Both the position numbers and the translations under genes were made by a program. From contig CAWFGO010000003.1 of the NCBI GenBank assembly GCA_963815455.1, positions 288,001 through 352,000 on the forward strand: 64,000 nucleotides of DNA. The letters are read 5' to 3'. Positions 10,288 to 19,420 of the stretch are shown here, piece by piece; the stretch's first letter is position 1, and every line of letters begins with the position of its first letter. The notes under the pieces were generated by a model. That model was not told where the DNA came from. It saw only the letters and a list, made by a program, of their open reading frames with translations, and searched no databases. Source of the stretch: an uncultured Verrucomicrobiae bacterium. Its GTDB lineage: Bacteria > Verrucomicrobiota > Verrucomicrobiia > Chthoniobacterales > UBA10450.

Positions 10288-10326
10288 GGTGTTGCTCCGA
10301 CTGAAGCTGCCATCTTAGCTCAACGC

Positions 10327-10457
10327 TGTCATCCCGAGCGGAGGGAGGGACCTCACAGTCGAAGCCAACCGGGTCGAACCAACACTGAAGCTTGATCGTC
10401 TTGTTGGTGTCGAGCGTTGATCTTACTCGCGAGATCCTTCGCTTCGCTCAGGATGAC
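10327..10457. repeat. GTCATCC(T/C)GAGC-family inverted-pair repeat
   Basis: TGTCATCCCGAGCGGAGGGAGGGACCTC...GAGATCCTTCGCTTCGCTCAGGATGAC. Confidence 0.8.
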
Positions 10458-10491
10458 GGATTGCAATTCGAGCGACGGCCAGAGACCGCCG

Positions 10492-11691
10492 CTACAGAAG
10501 CGACTCGTAAAGCGCGATGGTTTTCTTCGCGATCGCCGGCCAACCGAAATTTTCCTCGGCCCGTTTACGGCCGGCTTTCCCAAATTTTTCCCGGAGTTGT
10601 CGATCCTTCATTAATTGATTGATCCGCGCGGCCAGGTCGCGCGCGAATTTCTCCGGATTAGTCGGCACGAATGGACTCTCCTTCATTTGCTCGAGTGGAA
10701 CCAGAAACCCGGTCTCCCCATCGACAACCACTTCCTTGATCCCGCCGACCGCGCTCGCCACCACCGCCGTTTCGCAGGCCATCGCTTCCAGGTTGATAAT
10801 CCCGAACGGCTCGTAAACCGACGGACAACAAAAGACTGCCGCGTGCGAATAAAGCTCGGAAGTCGTCTTGCGATCGAGCATTTCGTCGATCCAAATAATG
10901 CCCGGTCGCTGTTTTTTTGCGCGATCGACGGCGACCTTCATTTCTTTTTCGATCTCTGGCGTGTCGGGTGCCGCGGCGCAAAGCACGATTTGAAAATCAG
11001 GGTCCATGAATTGGATCGCATCGACCAGATTGGTAATTCCTTTCTGCCGGGTGATCCGGCCCACGAAGAGTAAATACGGTTTATCGGGATCGATGCCGAA
11101 ACGTTGGAGCGCCGCGGTGGAATCGATTTTTCGATACTCATCGAGATCGATGCCGTTGTGGATGACGTGAACCCGCGCAGGATCGACATTGAACAAACGC
11201 TCGATGTCGTTCTTGGTTTCGCCGGACACAGCGATGATCGCGTCCGCCATTTCCAGCGCCGTTTTCTCCACCCAAAGAGAAAAATCGTAACCGCCGCCGA
11301 GCTGCTCGCGTTTCCAAGGCCGGAGCGGCTCGAGCGAGTGAACGGTGATCACCAATGGTATTCCGTAATTCTTTTTCGCCAGGATCCCGCCGAAATGACT
11401 GTACCAGGTGTGACAATGAGCGAAGTTGGCGTCGATGTTGGTGGTATTAAAGTCGATGCAGCGGCGTACCGCACCGAACGCCGACTGCAACGGCTTCGGA
11501 CAAGTGAAATTGCTCGGGTCGACTTCGAATCCGGTGACCTTGAGATTTTCCTTCTCGAATCGCTGCTCGCCAAAGCAACGCACTTCCACCGGCATCGTCT
11601 TGGCCAGCTCGCGGGAGAGATAGTCGACGTGAACACCCGCGCCGCCGTAAATGTGCGGCGGATATTCGTTGGTGAGGAAAAGCGCCTTCAC
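10492..11691 (-). CDS. glgA: Glycogen synthase, GT4 family (actinobacterial GlgA/GlgM type)
   Basis: LTNEYPPHIYGGAGVHV, HSLEPLRPWKREQLGGGY, FVGRITRQKG and YEPFGIINLEAMAC motifs. Probable GTG start at 11691. Confidence 0.9.
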   Translation of the reverse strand: MKALFLTNEYPPHIYGGAGVHVDYLSRELAKTMPVEVRCFGEQRFEKENLKVTGFEVDPSNFTCPKPLQSAFGAVRRCIDFNTTNIDANFAHCHTWYSHFGGILAKKNYGIPLVITVHSLEPLRPWKREQLGGGYDFSLWVEKTALEMADAIIAVSGETKNDIERLFNVDPARVHVIHNGIDLDEYRKIDSTAALQRFGIDPDKPYLLFVGRITRQKGITNLVDAIQFMDPDFQIVLCAAAPDTPEIEKEMKVAVDRAKKQRPGIIWIDEMLDRKTTSELYSHAAVFCCPSVYEPFGIINLEAMACETAVVASAVGGIKEVVVDGETGFLVPLEQMKESPFVPTNPEKFARDLAARINQLMKDRQLREKFGKAGRKRAEENFGWPAIAKKTIALYESLL

Positions 11692-11727
11692 GTTTGTCTT
11701 AGTAAGCGTGGCGGCCAAATGGAGCAA

Positions 11728-11816
11728 GGTGGATCGAGCGCTCCGTCGCTCGATGCTAAATAATGTCGGCGCAGCCGAGTAGATTCTAACATCGCCCGCG
11801 GAGCGGCCGATCCACC
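11728..11816. repeat. GGTGGATCG...CGATCCACC structured repeat, copy 2
   Basis: Homologous to 4040-4127, with the same 3' block CATCGCCCGCGGAGCGGCCGATCCACC. Confidence 0.8.
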
Positions 11817-11832
11817 ACTCCGAGCCGCCTAC

Positions 11833-12258
11833 CTAGTTCTTCACTTTCAGCAACAACACCGGCACCTCCACTCCATGACGCACTTTGTCCGCGGTCGCGC
11901 CGTAAAGAATATCGCTAATCAATCGGTGCCCGTGCGTTGTCATCGCGATAAGATCAATATCTTTTTCACTGGCAAGCTTGATGATCTCGTCGGACGGTTC
12001 GCCGAGCGCGAGCACCGCGTCACAGGCAAAACCCTCGGCGGTCAACTCCCGGCTCCGTTCCTCCAAATAGGCGCGGTCCTTCTTCATCTCTTCGCTCTCA
12101 GCCAGTTTGAGCTGATCAAAATTTCGCGCGACCCAGCCATCGGAAACGTGGACCAGAAGCAGCTTCGCTCCGGTCATGCGAGCCAGCGGTTTAATGTGTC
12201 CCAGAATGGTTTCGTCCGCCGGAGTGTTTTCGAGAGGAATGAGAATGTGTTTATACAT
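11833..12258 (-). CDS. Universal stress protein
   Basis: MYKHILIPL...DLIAMTTHGH...GATADKVRH...PVLLLK. Directly downstream of mntH. Confidence 0.9.
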   Translation of the reverse strand: MYKHILIPLENTPADETILGHIKPLARMTGAKLLLVHVSDGWVARNFDQLKLAESEEMKKDRAYLEERSRELTAEGFACDAVLALGEPSDEIIKLASEKDIDLIAMTTHGHRLISDILYGATADKVRHGVEVPVLLLKVKN

Positions 12259-12266
12259 GGCAATGT

Positions 12267-13679
12267 TTATTCCGGCGCCGGCAGGCCCAGCGTGCCATAG
12301 ACAGCTTTGAGCACGGACCCAGGCATGAAAATGTCGAAAAGGAGTTTCACGTTCAGCACGATGATGATCGTGGCGGTAATCCAGCCAAGCAATTTTATCC
12401 AAATCGGATTAACAAACTCGCCCATCTTCTGCTTTTCGCCCGTAAACCGCATGAGCGGCCAGACGGCGAAGCCCAGTTGCATGCTTAGCACCACCTGACT
12501 GGCCACGAGCAGTTCCGTGGTCTTACCCTCACCGAAAATGGCGATGACCAGCACCGCGGGAACAATTGCAATGAGCCGCGTAATCAATCGGCGCACCCAG
12601 GGCGTGATCCGAAAATTGAGAAAGCCTTCCATCACAATCTGGCCAGCCAGGGTGCCGGTCAGAGTCGAATTCTGTCCCGAGGCCAGCAATGCGATGGCAA
12701 ACAGAGCGCTGGCGACACCCACGCCCAGCAGCGGGCTCAACAATTTGTAGGCGTCCTGAATTTCTGCGACTTCCTGGTGCCCCGACCAGTGAAAAGCCGC
12801 TGCGGACAAGATCAGGATCGCCGCATTGATAAACAAGGCGAACATGAGCGCCCCGGTCGAATCGATGGTGGCAAACTTAATCGCTTCCCGCCGGCCACCG
12901 GGCGTTTGCTCGAACTTGCGGGTCTGCACAATGGATGAATGGAGGTAAAGATTATGCGGCATGACCGTAGCGCCCAGGATGCCGATGCTGACGTAGAGCA
13001 TTCCCTGGTTTGCCACAATGTGCGGGCCGGGAACAAATCCGAGCATGACACCAGCCAAGCTAGGCTTGGAAAAGAAAAGCTCTGCGGCGAAGCAGCTGCC
13101 GATGGTCGCGATGAGGGTGATAACAATCGCTTCGATATAACGAAAGCCTTTGTTCTGGAGATATAAAACCAGCAGCACATCCGAAGCAGTGATCAGACAG
13201 CCCCAGACCAGCGGAATGCCGAACAGCAGCTGTAAACCAATGGCGGATCCGACCACTTCCGCCAAGTCGCAGGCGGCAATGGCGATCTCGCAAAGAATCC
13301 AGAGAAACCAAACCGTGGGAATTGAATAATGATCACGACAGGCCTGGGCCAGGTCGCGCCCCGTAGCGACGCCCAGCTTGATGCACAAATGCTGGAGCAG
13401 GATTGCCATCATGTTCGAGATCATAATGACGGCCAGCAGCGAATAACCGAACCGAGCGCCACCGGCCAGATCGGTGGCCCAATTGCCCGGGTCCATGTAA
13501 CCGACCGCCACCAAAAATCCCGGCCCGGAAAACGCCGCCAGCTTCCGCCAGAACGAAGCGGTAGTCGGTACCACGATGCTCCGGTGAACTTCGGGAAGCG
13601 AAACTTGCCCGGTGCTTCTGCGCCAGACGCCTTCAGCCACTTCCGGTCTTGTCAGATCTATGTCGTCCAATGGAGCCAC
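12267..13679 (-). CDS. mntH: Nramp family Mn2+ transporter MntH
   Basis: GYMDPGNW, GATVMPHNLYLHS and GTLAGQIVMEGF signatures. Confidence 0.95.
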   Translation of the reverse strand: MAPLDDIDLTRPEVAEGVWRRSTGQVSLPEVHRSIVVPTTASFWRKLAAFSGPGFLVAVGYMDPGNWATDLAGGARFGYSLLAVIMISNMMAILLQHLCIKLGVATGRDLAQACRDHYSIPTVWFLWILCEIAIAACDLAEVVGSAIGLQLLFGIPLVWGCLITASDVLLVLYLQNKGFRYIEAIVITLIATIGSCFAAELFFSKPSLAGVMLGFVPGPHIVANQGMLYVSIGILGATVMPHNLYLHSSIVQTRKFEQTPGGRREAIKFATIDSTGALMFALFINAAILILSAAAFHWSGHQEVAEIQDAYKLLSPLLGVGVASALFAIALLASGQNSTLTGTLAGQIVMEGFLNFRITPWVRRLITRLIAIVPAVLVIAIFGEGKTTELLVASQVVLSMQLGFAVWPLMRFTGEKQKMGEFVNPIWIKLLGWITATIIIVLNVKLLFDIFMPGSVLKAVYGTLGLPAPE

Positions 13680-13683
13680 GCGG

Positions 13684-13701
13684 ATTTAGGTAAGACTAAA
13701 T
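13684..13701. promoter_or_regulatory. Putative DtxR/MntR operator between divergent mntH and mntR
   Basis: Palindrome ATTTAG-GTAAGA-CTAAAT resembling DtxR-family TTAGG...CTAA boxes, 5 bp upstream of the mntH start. TTGACA on the minus strand at about 13723-13728. Confidence 0.65.
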
Positions 13702-13758
13702 TAGTTATATCTGGACATGAGTCTGTCAATTTAAAAATAATTATTTGTTTGACTAATC

Positions 13759-14223
13759 TTGCCGCCATTTTATTTTCCGGCCGTGCCACGCAAAAAAAAG
13801 AATGCGCATTCGGCTTTGGGCAGTTCGGCCGCGGTCGAGGATTATCTGGAGCGAATCCTCGAGTTGATTAATTCCAAGGGATACGCCCGGGTCGTCGATA
13901 TCGCTGCGGCATTGAAAATTTCGCAGGCCAGCGTGACCAACATGGTCCAGCGCCTCGATGCCGAAGGCCTTCTCAAATACGAAAAGTACCGGGGGCTGAT
14001 TTTAACCGCGGCCGGCAAGAACCTCGCCCAAAAGATCGCGCACCGGCACAAGCTTCTAACCGATTTTCTAACCCTGCTGGGCCTCGACGAGCGCGTGATC
14101 TATCACGATGTCGAAGGAATGGAACATCACATTAGCCCCCCCACTCTCCGGGCGATCGCGGCGCTTATCGCCCAACTGCGCAAACGGCCGGCGTTGCGGG
14201 CGCAATTAGCGAGAGCGGCATAA
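13759..14223 (+). CDS. mntR: DtxR/MntR family metal-dependent repressor
   Basis: EDYLERI...ARVVDIA...ASVTNMVQRL...YEKYRG...EGMEHH. Divergent from mntH. Start codon uncertain. Confidence 0.9.
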   Translation: MPPFYFPAVPRKKKNAHSALGSSAAVEDYLERILELINSKGYARVVDIAAALKISQASVTNMVQRLDAEGLLKYEKYRGLILTAAGKNLAQKIAHRHKLLTDFLTLLGLDERVIYHDVEGMEHHISPPTLRAIAALIAQLRKRPALRAQLARAA

Positions 14224-14250
14224 GTTTCGGCATGCTCACACCTTTCTGCC

Positions 14251-14331
14251 AGGTGGATCGCGATCTCCGAGCGCGATGATAAACACATGTCGGCGGAGCC
14301 GATCAAAAATGGCATCGCCCGCGGCTACAAC
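14251..14331. repeat. GGTGGATCG-family repeat, copy 3 (chimeric 3' end)
   Basis: 5' part aligns with copies 1 and 2, but after CATCGCCCGCGG it ends in GTAG-family CTACAAC. Confidence 0.7.
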
Positions 14332-14352
14332 TAGCAGTCGCCCCAATCCGCG

Positions 14353-14538
14353 TTATCCGCGATTGCATTCAAAATCGACAATCTCCCCGGGACGGCTACG
14401 AATCACGAGCATGATCGGGCGACAACAGACTGTGCAGTCTTCGATCAGCTCCTGCTCGGGCTCGGATGTATCGATCTGAATCGGGAAGTTTTCTCCGCAA
14501 TGCGGGCAGGTGATGTCGGTCGGGACAATGAGATCCAT
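14353..14538 (-). CDS. CPXCG motif-containing cysteine-rich protein
   Basis: MDLIVPTDITCPHCGE...IEDCTVCCRPI, 61 aa. Confidence 0.85.
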   Translation of the reverse strand: MDLIVPTDITCPHCGENFPIQIDTSEPEQELIEDCTVCCRPIMLVIRSRPGEIVDFECNRG

Positions 14539-15087
14539 TGGGTATTGACGGTTTAATGCCGGATGTTTGCAAACGAGCCGACGGCGACACAGCCCTCTAG
14601 GGGATTGGCTGCGCGGATGCTCGCCTCTGGTCATTGAGCTTCGCTTGGGACCCTTGCGCCTGAAGCCACCCACCAGTTCGCCTTCGGACGAATCCGTCCC
14701 GTGGCGGATCGAACAAGATTCTCATCCCCAAGTGCTCCACAATTTCTGCCGAAGTTCTGGAGCCTAGCCCGTTCACTCCCCTTTTGTCATTTACGGCTAA
14801 TTTCGGCCGAAACGGCCACCGAAAAGTCTGATTTCCTTGGCTCGCCGTAGCCTTGCGCGAAGGCGGCTCCTGGGACGAACCCGATCCACCACCCTTTTTG
14901 ACATTCGCCCGATAACGCCGCGTAAAATCCGCCAAATTTCGGAAGTTTTGCCAGTTACGGACCCTTCATTTGATACCCTTCTGGCACCGCGCGGCTGACG
15001 GACTTCGGGCTCGCCCACGTTCACAAAGCTGAGCTCCTAAAGTGAAGCCAATTTCGCGCGGCAGCCCGCGCTGAGTGACGATCGTGA

Positions 15088-15741
15088 TCACGCCTCGATG
15101 ATATTGTTACGAATCGCATAGCGAACCAACGGCGCGAAAGAGGTGATGTCGAGCTTGCGCATCAACGTAGCGCGATGCGTTTCGACCGTGCGACTACTGA
15201 TGCCGAGGGAACTCGCGATTTCTTTGTTGCTGAGACCTTCGGCCAGAAGCCGCACAATCTCTCGCTCTCGCGCAGTCAGCGAATGCCCCGGGCGGGAGTG
15301 TTTTTTACAGGAATCGGCCGAAAAGAATTTCGCGAAAAGAATCTTGGAAATTTCGGGCGTAAAAAACGGCTTATGTTCTGCAAGTGATTTGATTGCGGCG
15401 ACCAAGTGCCGACCGGCATCAGATTTTTGAATGTAACTTTTGGCTCCCGCCTCGAAGAGTTGCGCGATCACCTCTTCCGAGTGATGCGCGCTGAAGATCA
15501 TGACTTCTGTATTCGGTAGCGCACGCTTGATTCGGCGTAAAGCCTCGAGCCCGCTAAGCTTCGGCATGGCCATGTCCAAAATAACCACTTCGGGCTTTAG
15601 TTTCCTTGCCATTTCGACCGCCTCCTGGCCATTTATTGCGATTCCGCAGACTTCCCAGCCAGGCTCATGCTCGATCAATGCCCGCATGCCCTCGCGCACT
15701 ACTTCGTGATCGTCAGCGATGAGGATTCGCAAAGGACGCAT
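15088..15741 (-). CDS. NarL/LuxR family response regulator
   Basis: REC domain (ILIADDH, ILD) plus HTH (LTAREREIVRLLAEG...SRTVETHR). Confidence 0.95.
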   Translation of the reverse strand: MRPLRILIADDHEVVREGMRALIEHEPGWEVCGIAINGQEAVEMARKLKPEVVILDMAMPKLSGLEALRRIKRALPNTEVMIFSAHHSEEVIAQLFEAGAKSYIQKSDAGRHLVAAIKSLAEHKPFFTPEISKILFAKFFSADSCKKHSRPGHSLTAREREIVRLLAEGLSNKEIASSLGISSRTVETHRATLMRKLDITSFAPLVRYAIRNNIIEA

Positions 15742-15746
15742 CCTGT

Positions 15747-18700
15747 TTATGAATTGTTGTGCAGCACGCGATCAACCGTGCGCAATAATCTCTGGCGGGT
15801 ATAAGGCTTGTTCAGAGATGCTTGCACGCCCACATTGCTCAACTCGGCCTCGCTAAAGTCGCTGTCACGGGCGGTAGAGAGAATGATCTTTGTCTCGCTA
15901 TTCATTTTGCGCAGGATGCGCGCGAGCATTAAACCACTCATGATCGGCATCTCTGAGTCGGTAAGAACGATGGCGACCTCTTTCGGTCGCTGCGCAAAAA
16001 TGGCAACCGCTGACGGCCCGTCGTCAGCAATCAACACGTTATAGCCGCTCTGGGAAAGAACGGCTTTTGCGACCTGGCGGATGGCGGTCTCATCATCGAT
16101 AAGAAGGATGGTTTCTCCATGGCCGTTAGGAATATCGGCCTCTGCTTCGATCTCCGCCGGCGGCAGAGCGCCCGGTGCGGCGGGTAATAAAACTCGGAAC
16201 GTAGTCCCTTTCACACCACAGTAAGCATTCACGTTCCCTCCGTGACTCTTCACAATCCCAAGAACCGTCGATAGTCCAAGGCCGGTGCCCTTGCCGAGTT
16301 CCTTCGTCGTAAAGAAGGGATCAAAAATCTTGTCGATAAGATGCGGGGGAATGCCACTCCCGGTATCGATGACATTGATAAGAACATGAGGGCCGGGCTT
16401 AAGACCGGGCGTCATGGCTGCATAATGCTCGTCGACGTCGAAATTTTCAGCGCTGAGCGAGAGATTGCCCCCTTCCGGCATGGAATCTCTGGCATTCACA
16501 CACAGGTTGAGCAGCACCTGATGGAGTTGGGTGGGATCGCCTTCGATCAGCCACAAGTCCTCGGGGTGACTTGTGTGCACCCGGATCGCCTTGGAGAAAG
16601 TTTCTTCTATCATCTTTGTTACCTCGGCCAAGAGATAGATTGGTTGCAGGAGGACGCGGTCGCCATCGGCCCCGCGGGCGAAGGTGAATACCTGCCGCAC
16701 GATTTGAGCGCCGCGCTGAGCGCTTGACTCGACGAGATCCAGGAATTTCAGGCGTTCCTCCTTTGGGATGTCCTTTCGCAGGATCGGCGCCGCGAGCAAA
16801 ATCGGAACCAGGATGTTGTTTAAATCATGCGCCACACCACTCGCGAGCGTGCCAATGCTTTCCAGTCGCTGCGCCCGCAGCAGTTGTGTCTCGAGCTTTT
16901 TCTGTTCGGTGATGTTGGTGTTTATTATTAGGACCGAGCGCGGTGAATCGTCGTGATTGCGCACAAGCGTGGTCCGGCTATCCACAATCAATTGTTTCCC
17001 ATCCTTGGTTACGTGCCTGGTCTCGCTGAGGTATTTACCGGTGGCGAGGAGAGTTTTTGTGAGCGACTCGACCTGTTGTGGATCGGTCAGGTTTAATTCG
17101 CTCATGGATCGGCCGAGCACTTCGTCCGCGCCCCAACCGTACAAACTTTCCGCGCCCTTGTTCCAAAAAATGATCCGCTCATTCTTAAAATCCCGAACAA
17201 TGATGGCGTCGTGCGCGCGATCGATTATGTCCGCTTGTTCCCGCAACCGTTCTTCCGCCTGCTTCCGCTCGGTAATATCTCGGATGAAACCCGTAAACAT
17301 CGGAGGTTCTTGCAAACCAATCCGGGTAATGGCGAGTTCCACTGGAAACTCCGAATTGTCACTCCGCATTCCTGTCAGTTCGATGTGCTTCCCAAGCATG
17401 GGAGCTTCGCCCGTGGAAAGGTAATGCGTTAAACCGCGCTGGTGACGCTCGCGTAACGGTGGCGGGATAATCAGATCTGCCAATACCTGGCCAATCGCTT
17501 CGTCGCGTTGGTAGCCGAAGGTTTTTTCAGCGGCGGGATTGAATTCAACAATCCTGCCCTGATGGTCCATGGTAATGACACAATCCAGGGCCGATTCCAG
17601 GACTGAGCGCATGCGCTCTTCACTCTCGCGAATCGCGTCTTCCGCCTTTTTTTTCTCCGTGATGTCAATGGCAATCGCGAGGTGCGCGGCCCGGCCTTCA
17701 AACTGGATATTCGTCGTGTAAACATCCGCGAAGAGAATTTCCCCGCTCTTTTTGCGATGGCGCCAGGTACCGCTGTATCTCGATCGCTCTCCCTTTTCGT
17801 TAGCGGCACTCACCTTGGAGGTTTCCATCAACGCGGGGACATCCTCTGGCGGCCGAATGTCGCGAATGGTTATCTCCAGAAATTCCTCTCGCGAGTAGCC
17901 GTAATGTTCAACGGCCGCATCATTGACAGCCAAAAAGGCGAACGTCTCTGCGTCATACACCCAGGTCGGATTTGGATGCGTCTCGAACAGAATTCGATAT
18001 TGCTTCTCCTGACGCCGCAACGCTTCCTCGGCCTCTTTGCGATCAGTTATATCGCGAAAAGTTACCACTCCGCCGGCGATCTCTCCGTGCTCATCGCGAA
18101 GCGGAGCAGTGACATAATCAACTGGGAAGCAAGTTTTGTCCGAACGCCAAAAAAACTCACTGCTGCGATGTCGCACAATCCCGTCGTGCAATGTTTGGTA
18201 GATTGGACATTCTCCTTTCGGATACGTCGATCCGTCTGCGTGCGAGTGGTGAATGGTCTCGTGAGCCGGCTTTCCGATCAAGTCTTCAGCTTGCGCCCCA
18301 AGCAGTCTGGCCGCGGCGGCATTTTCGAAAATGATCGTCCCATCCAGCCCGATGCCGTGGATTCCTTCGCCGACTGATCGTAATATTAGTTCGTACTGCC
18401 GTCGCAGGCTGCCGAGCGCCTCCTCGCTTCGTTTGCGTTCGGTAACATCCGTGTTGATGGCCAAAACGGACTTAGGTCCCCCTTTCTCGTCCCTCACCAA
18501 CGTCCACCGGGCGGCGACGATTATCTCGTCGCCAGACTTGCGTACCTGGCGCAGCTCCCCAGTCCACTCGCCCTGTTTCATCAACTTCTGAGTGGCCGCC
18601 CGAAATTCACAATGCCCGTGGTAGAGCAGATCGGAAACTTTGCGTCCGAAAACTTCGTCAGCACTCCACCCGTAAAGACGTTCCGCGCCCTTGTTCCAAA

Positions 18701-19199
18701 ACTGGATTCGTTCTTCGAGATTGCGGATCAGGACTGCATCGTGCGCCAAGTTAATGATGTTTGCCTGTTCGCGCAGGCGCTCTTCCGCTCGTTTTCGCTC
18801 AGTGATATCTGTCCAAACGCCAACCGATCCCGTTGCCTCACCAAATCCGTCCCGCACGACACGATTGTTGTCTTCAACCCAGTGGTAGCTCCCATCCTTA
18901 TGCCGAACACGGTATTCTATCGAGTAACCGTCACCCGATAACGACTCGTTTAGAGTATTCAGCACATGCTCGCGATCATGCGGGTGCAAACTCTCCAGCC
19001 ACCACTCGTGGGTTGCTTCCTCCACCCTGACACCAAGCAAACGTTCTATATTGGCGCTCACTACCGTCGCTGTGACGTGGTGATCTTCAATTTTGAGGCA
19101 GTAAATCACCGCGGGACTGTGCGCGAGCAGCTGACGCAGTTGCTCGTCCGTGGAATGCAGCTCTGGGGCTGCCCGCTTACGTTCTTTCCGCAATGGCAT
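15747..19199 (-). CDS. Hybrid sensor histidine kinase (6 PAS, HisKA, HATPase, REC)
   Basis: Six PAS/PAC units ending in DIT/DVT/NIT-like motifs, H-box GVAHDLNN, DPFFTTK...GTGLGL, and a C-terminal receiver. Probable start ATG at 19199. Confidence 0.93.
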   Translation of the reverse strand: MPLRKERKRAAPELHSTDEQLRQLLAHSPAVIYCLKIEDHHVTATVVSANIERLLGVRVEEATHEWWLESLHPHDREHVLNTLNESLSGDGYSIEYRVRHKDGSYHWVEDNNRVVRDGFGEATGSVGVWTDITERKRAEERLREQANIINLAHDAVLIRNLEERIQFWNKGAERLYGWSADEVFGRKVSDLLYHGHCEFRAATQKLMKQGEWTGELRQVRKSGDEIIVAARWTLVRDEKGGPKSVLAINTDVTERKRSEEALGSLRRQYELILRSVGEGIHGIGLDGTIIFENAAAARLLGAQAEDLIGKPAHETIHHSHADGSTYPKGECPIYQTLHDGIVRHRSSEFFWRSDKTCFPVDYVTAPLRDEHGEIAGGVVTFRDITDRKEAEEALRRQEKQYRILFETHPNPTWVYDAETFAFLAVNDAAVEHYGYSREEFLEITIRDIRPPEDVPALMETSKVSAANEKGERSRYSGTWRHRKKSGEILFADVYTTNIQFEGRAAHLAIAIDITEKKKAEDAIRESEERMRSVLESALDCVITMDHQGRIVEFNPAAEKTFGYQRDEAIGQVLADLIIPPPLRERHQRGLTHYLSTGEAPMLGKHIELTGMRSDNSEFPVELAITRIGLQEPPMFTGFIRDITERKQAEERLREQADIIDRAHDAIIVRDFKNERIIFWNKGAESLYGWGADEVLGRSMSELNLTDPQQVESLTKTLLATGKYLSETRHVTKDGKQLIVDSRTTLVRNHDDSPRSVLIINTNITEQKKLETQLLRAQRLESIGTLASGVAHDLNNILVPILLAAPILRKDIPKEERLKFLDLVESSAQRGAQIVRQVFTFARGADGDRVLLQPIYLLAEVTKMIEETFSKAIRVHTSHPEDLWLIEGDPTQLHQVLLNLCVNARDSMPEGGNLSLSAENFDVDEHYAAMTPGLKPGPHVLINVIDTGSGIPPHLIDKIFDPFFTTKELGKGTGLGLSTVLGIVKSHGGNVNAYCGVKGTTFRVLLPAAPGALPPAEIEAEADIPNGHGETILLIDDETAIRQVAKAVLSQSGYNVLIADDGPSAVAIFAQRPKEVAIVLTDSEMPIMSGLMLARILRKMNSETKIILSTARDSDFSEAELSNVGVQASLNKPYTRQRLLRTVDRVLHNNS

Positions 19200-19420
19200 G
19201 GGAATAGGATTTTCAGTTTTTGCTACGATCTTTAGAAACTGAAGTTTGCGAGATTTTTCACGATATCGATAATCAGACCAACCGCCTTTCACTCCCGCCG
19301 CTAACCTTCGATATCGCAACTGCTCCCAGCAATTGGGAGAAACCTTAAATCAGGCTGTGGAAAACCTTACCTCTCGCGCGCGATGAAACCGTGGTCCGAC
19401 GATCCAATCCCGACAAAATC

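Noticed and set aside
14597..15024. ORFs 14597..14935 and 14797..15024 as integrase remnants
   Set aside because: No recombinase motifs are recognisable, and the ORFs run through repeats and the att-like site.
19325..19372. AAACCTTA direct repeat upstream of the hybrid kinase as a NarL-type binding site
   Set aside because: Only two 8-mers, which is too weak without comparative data.
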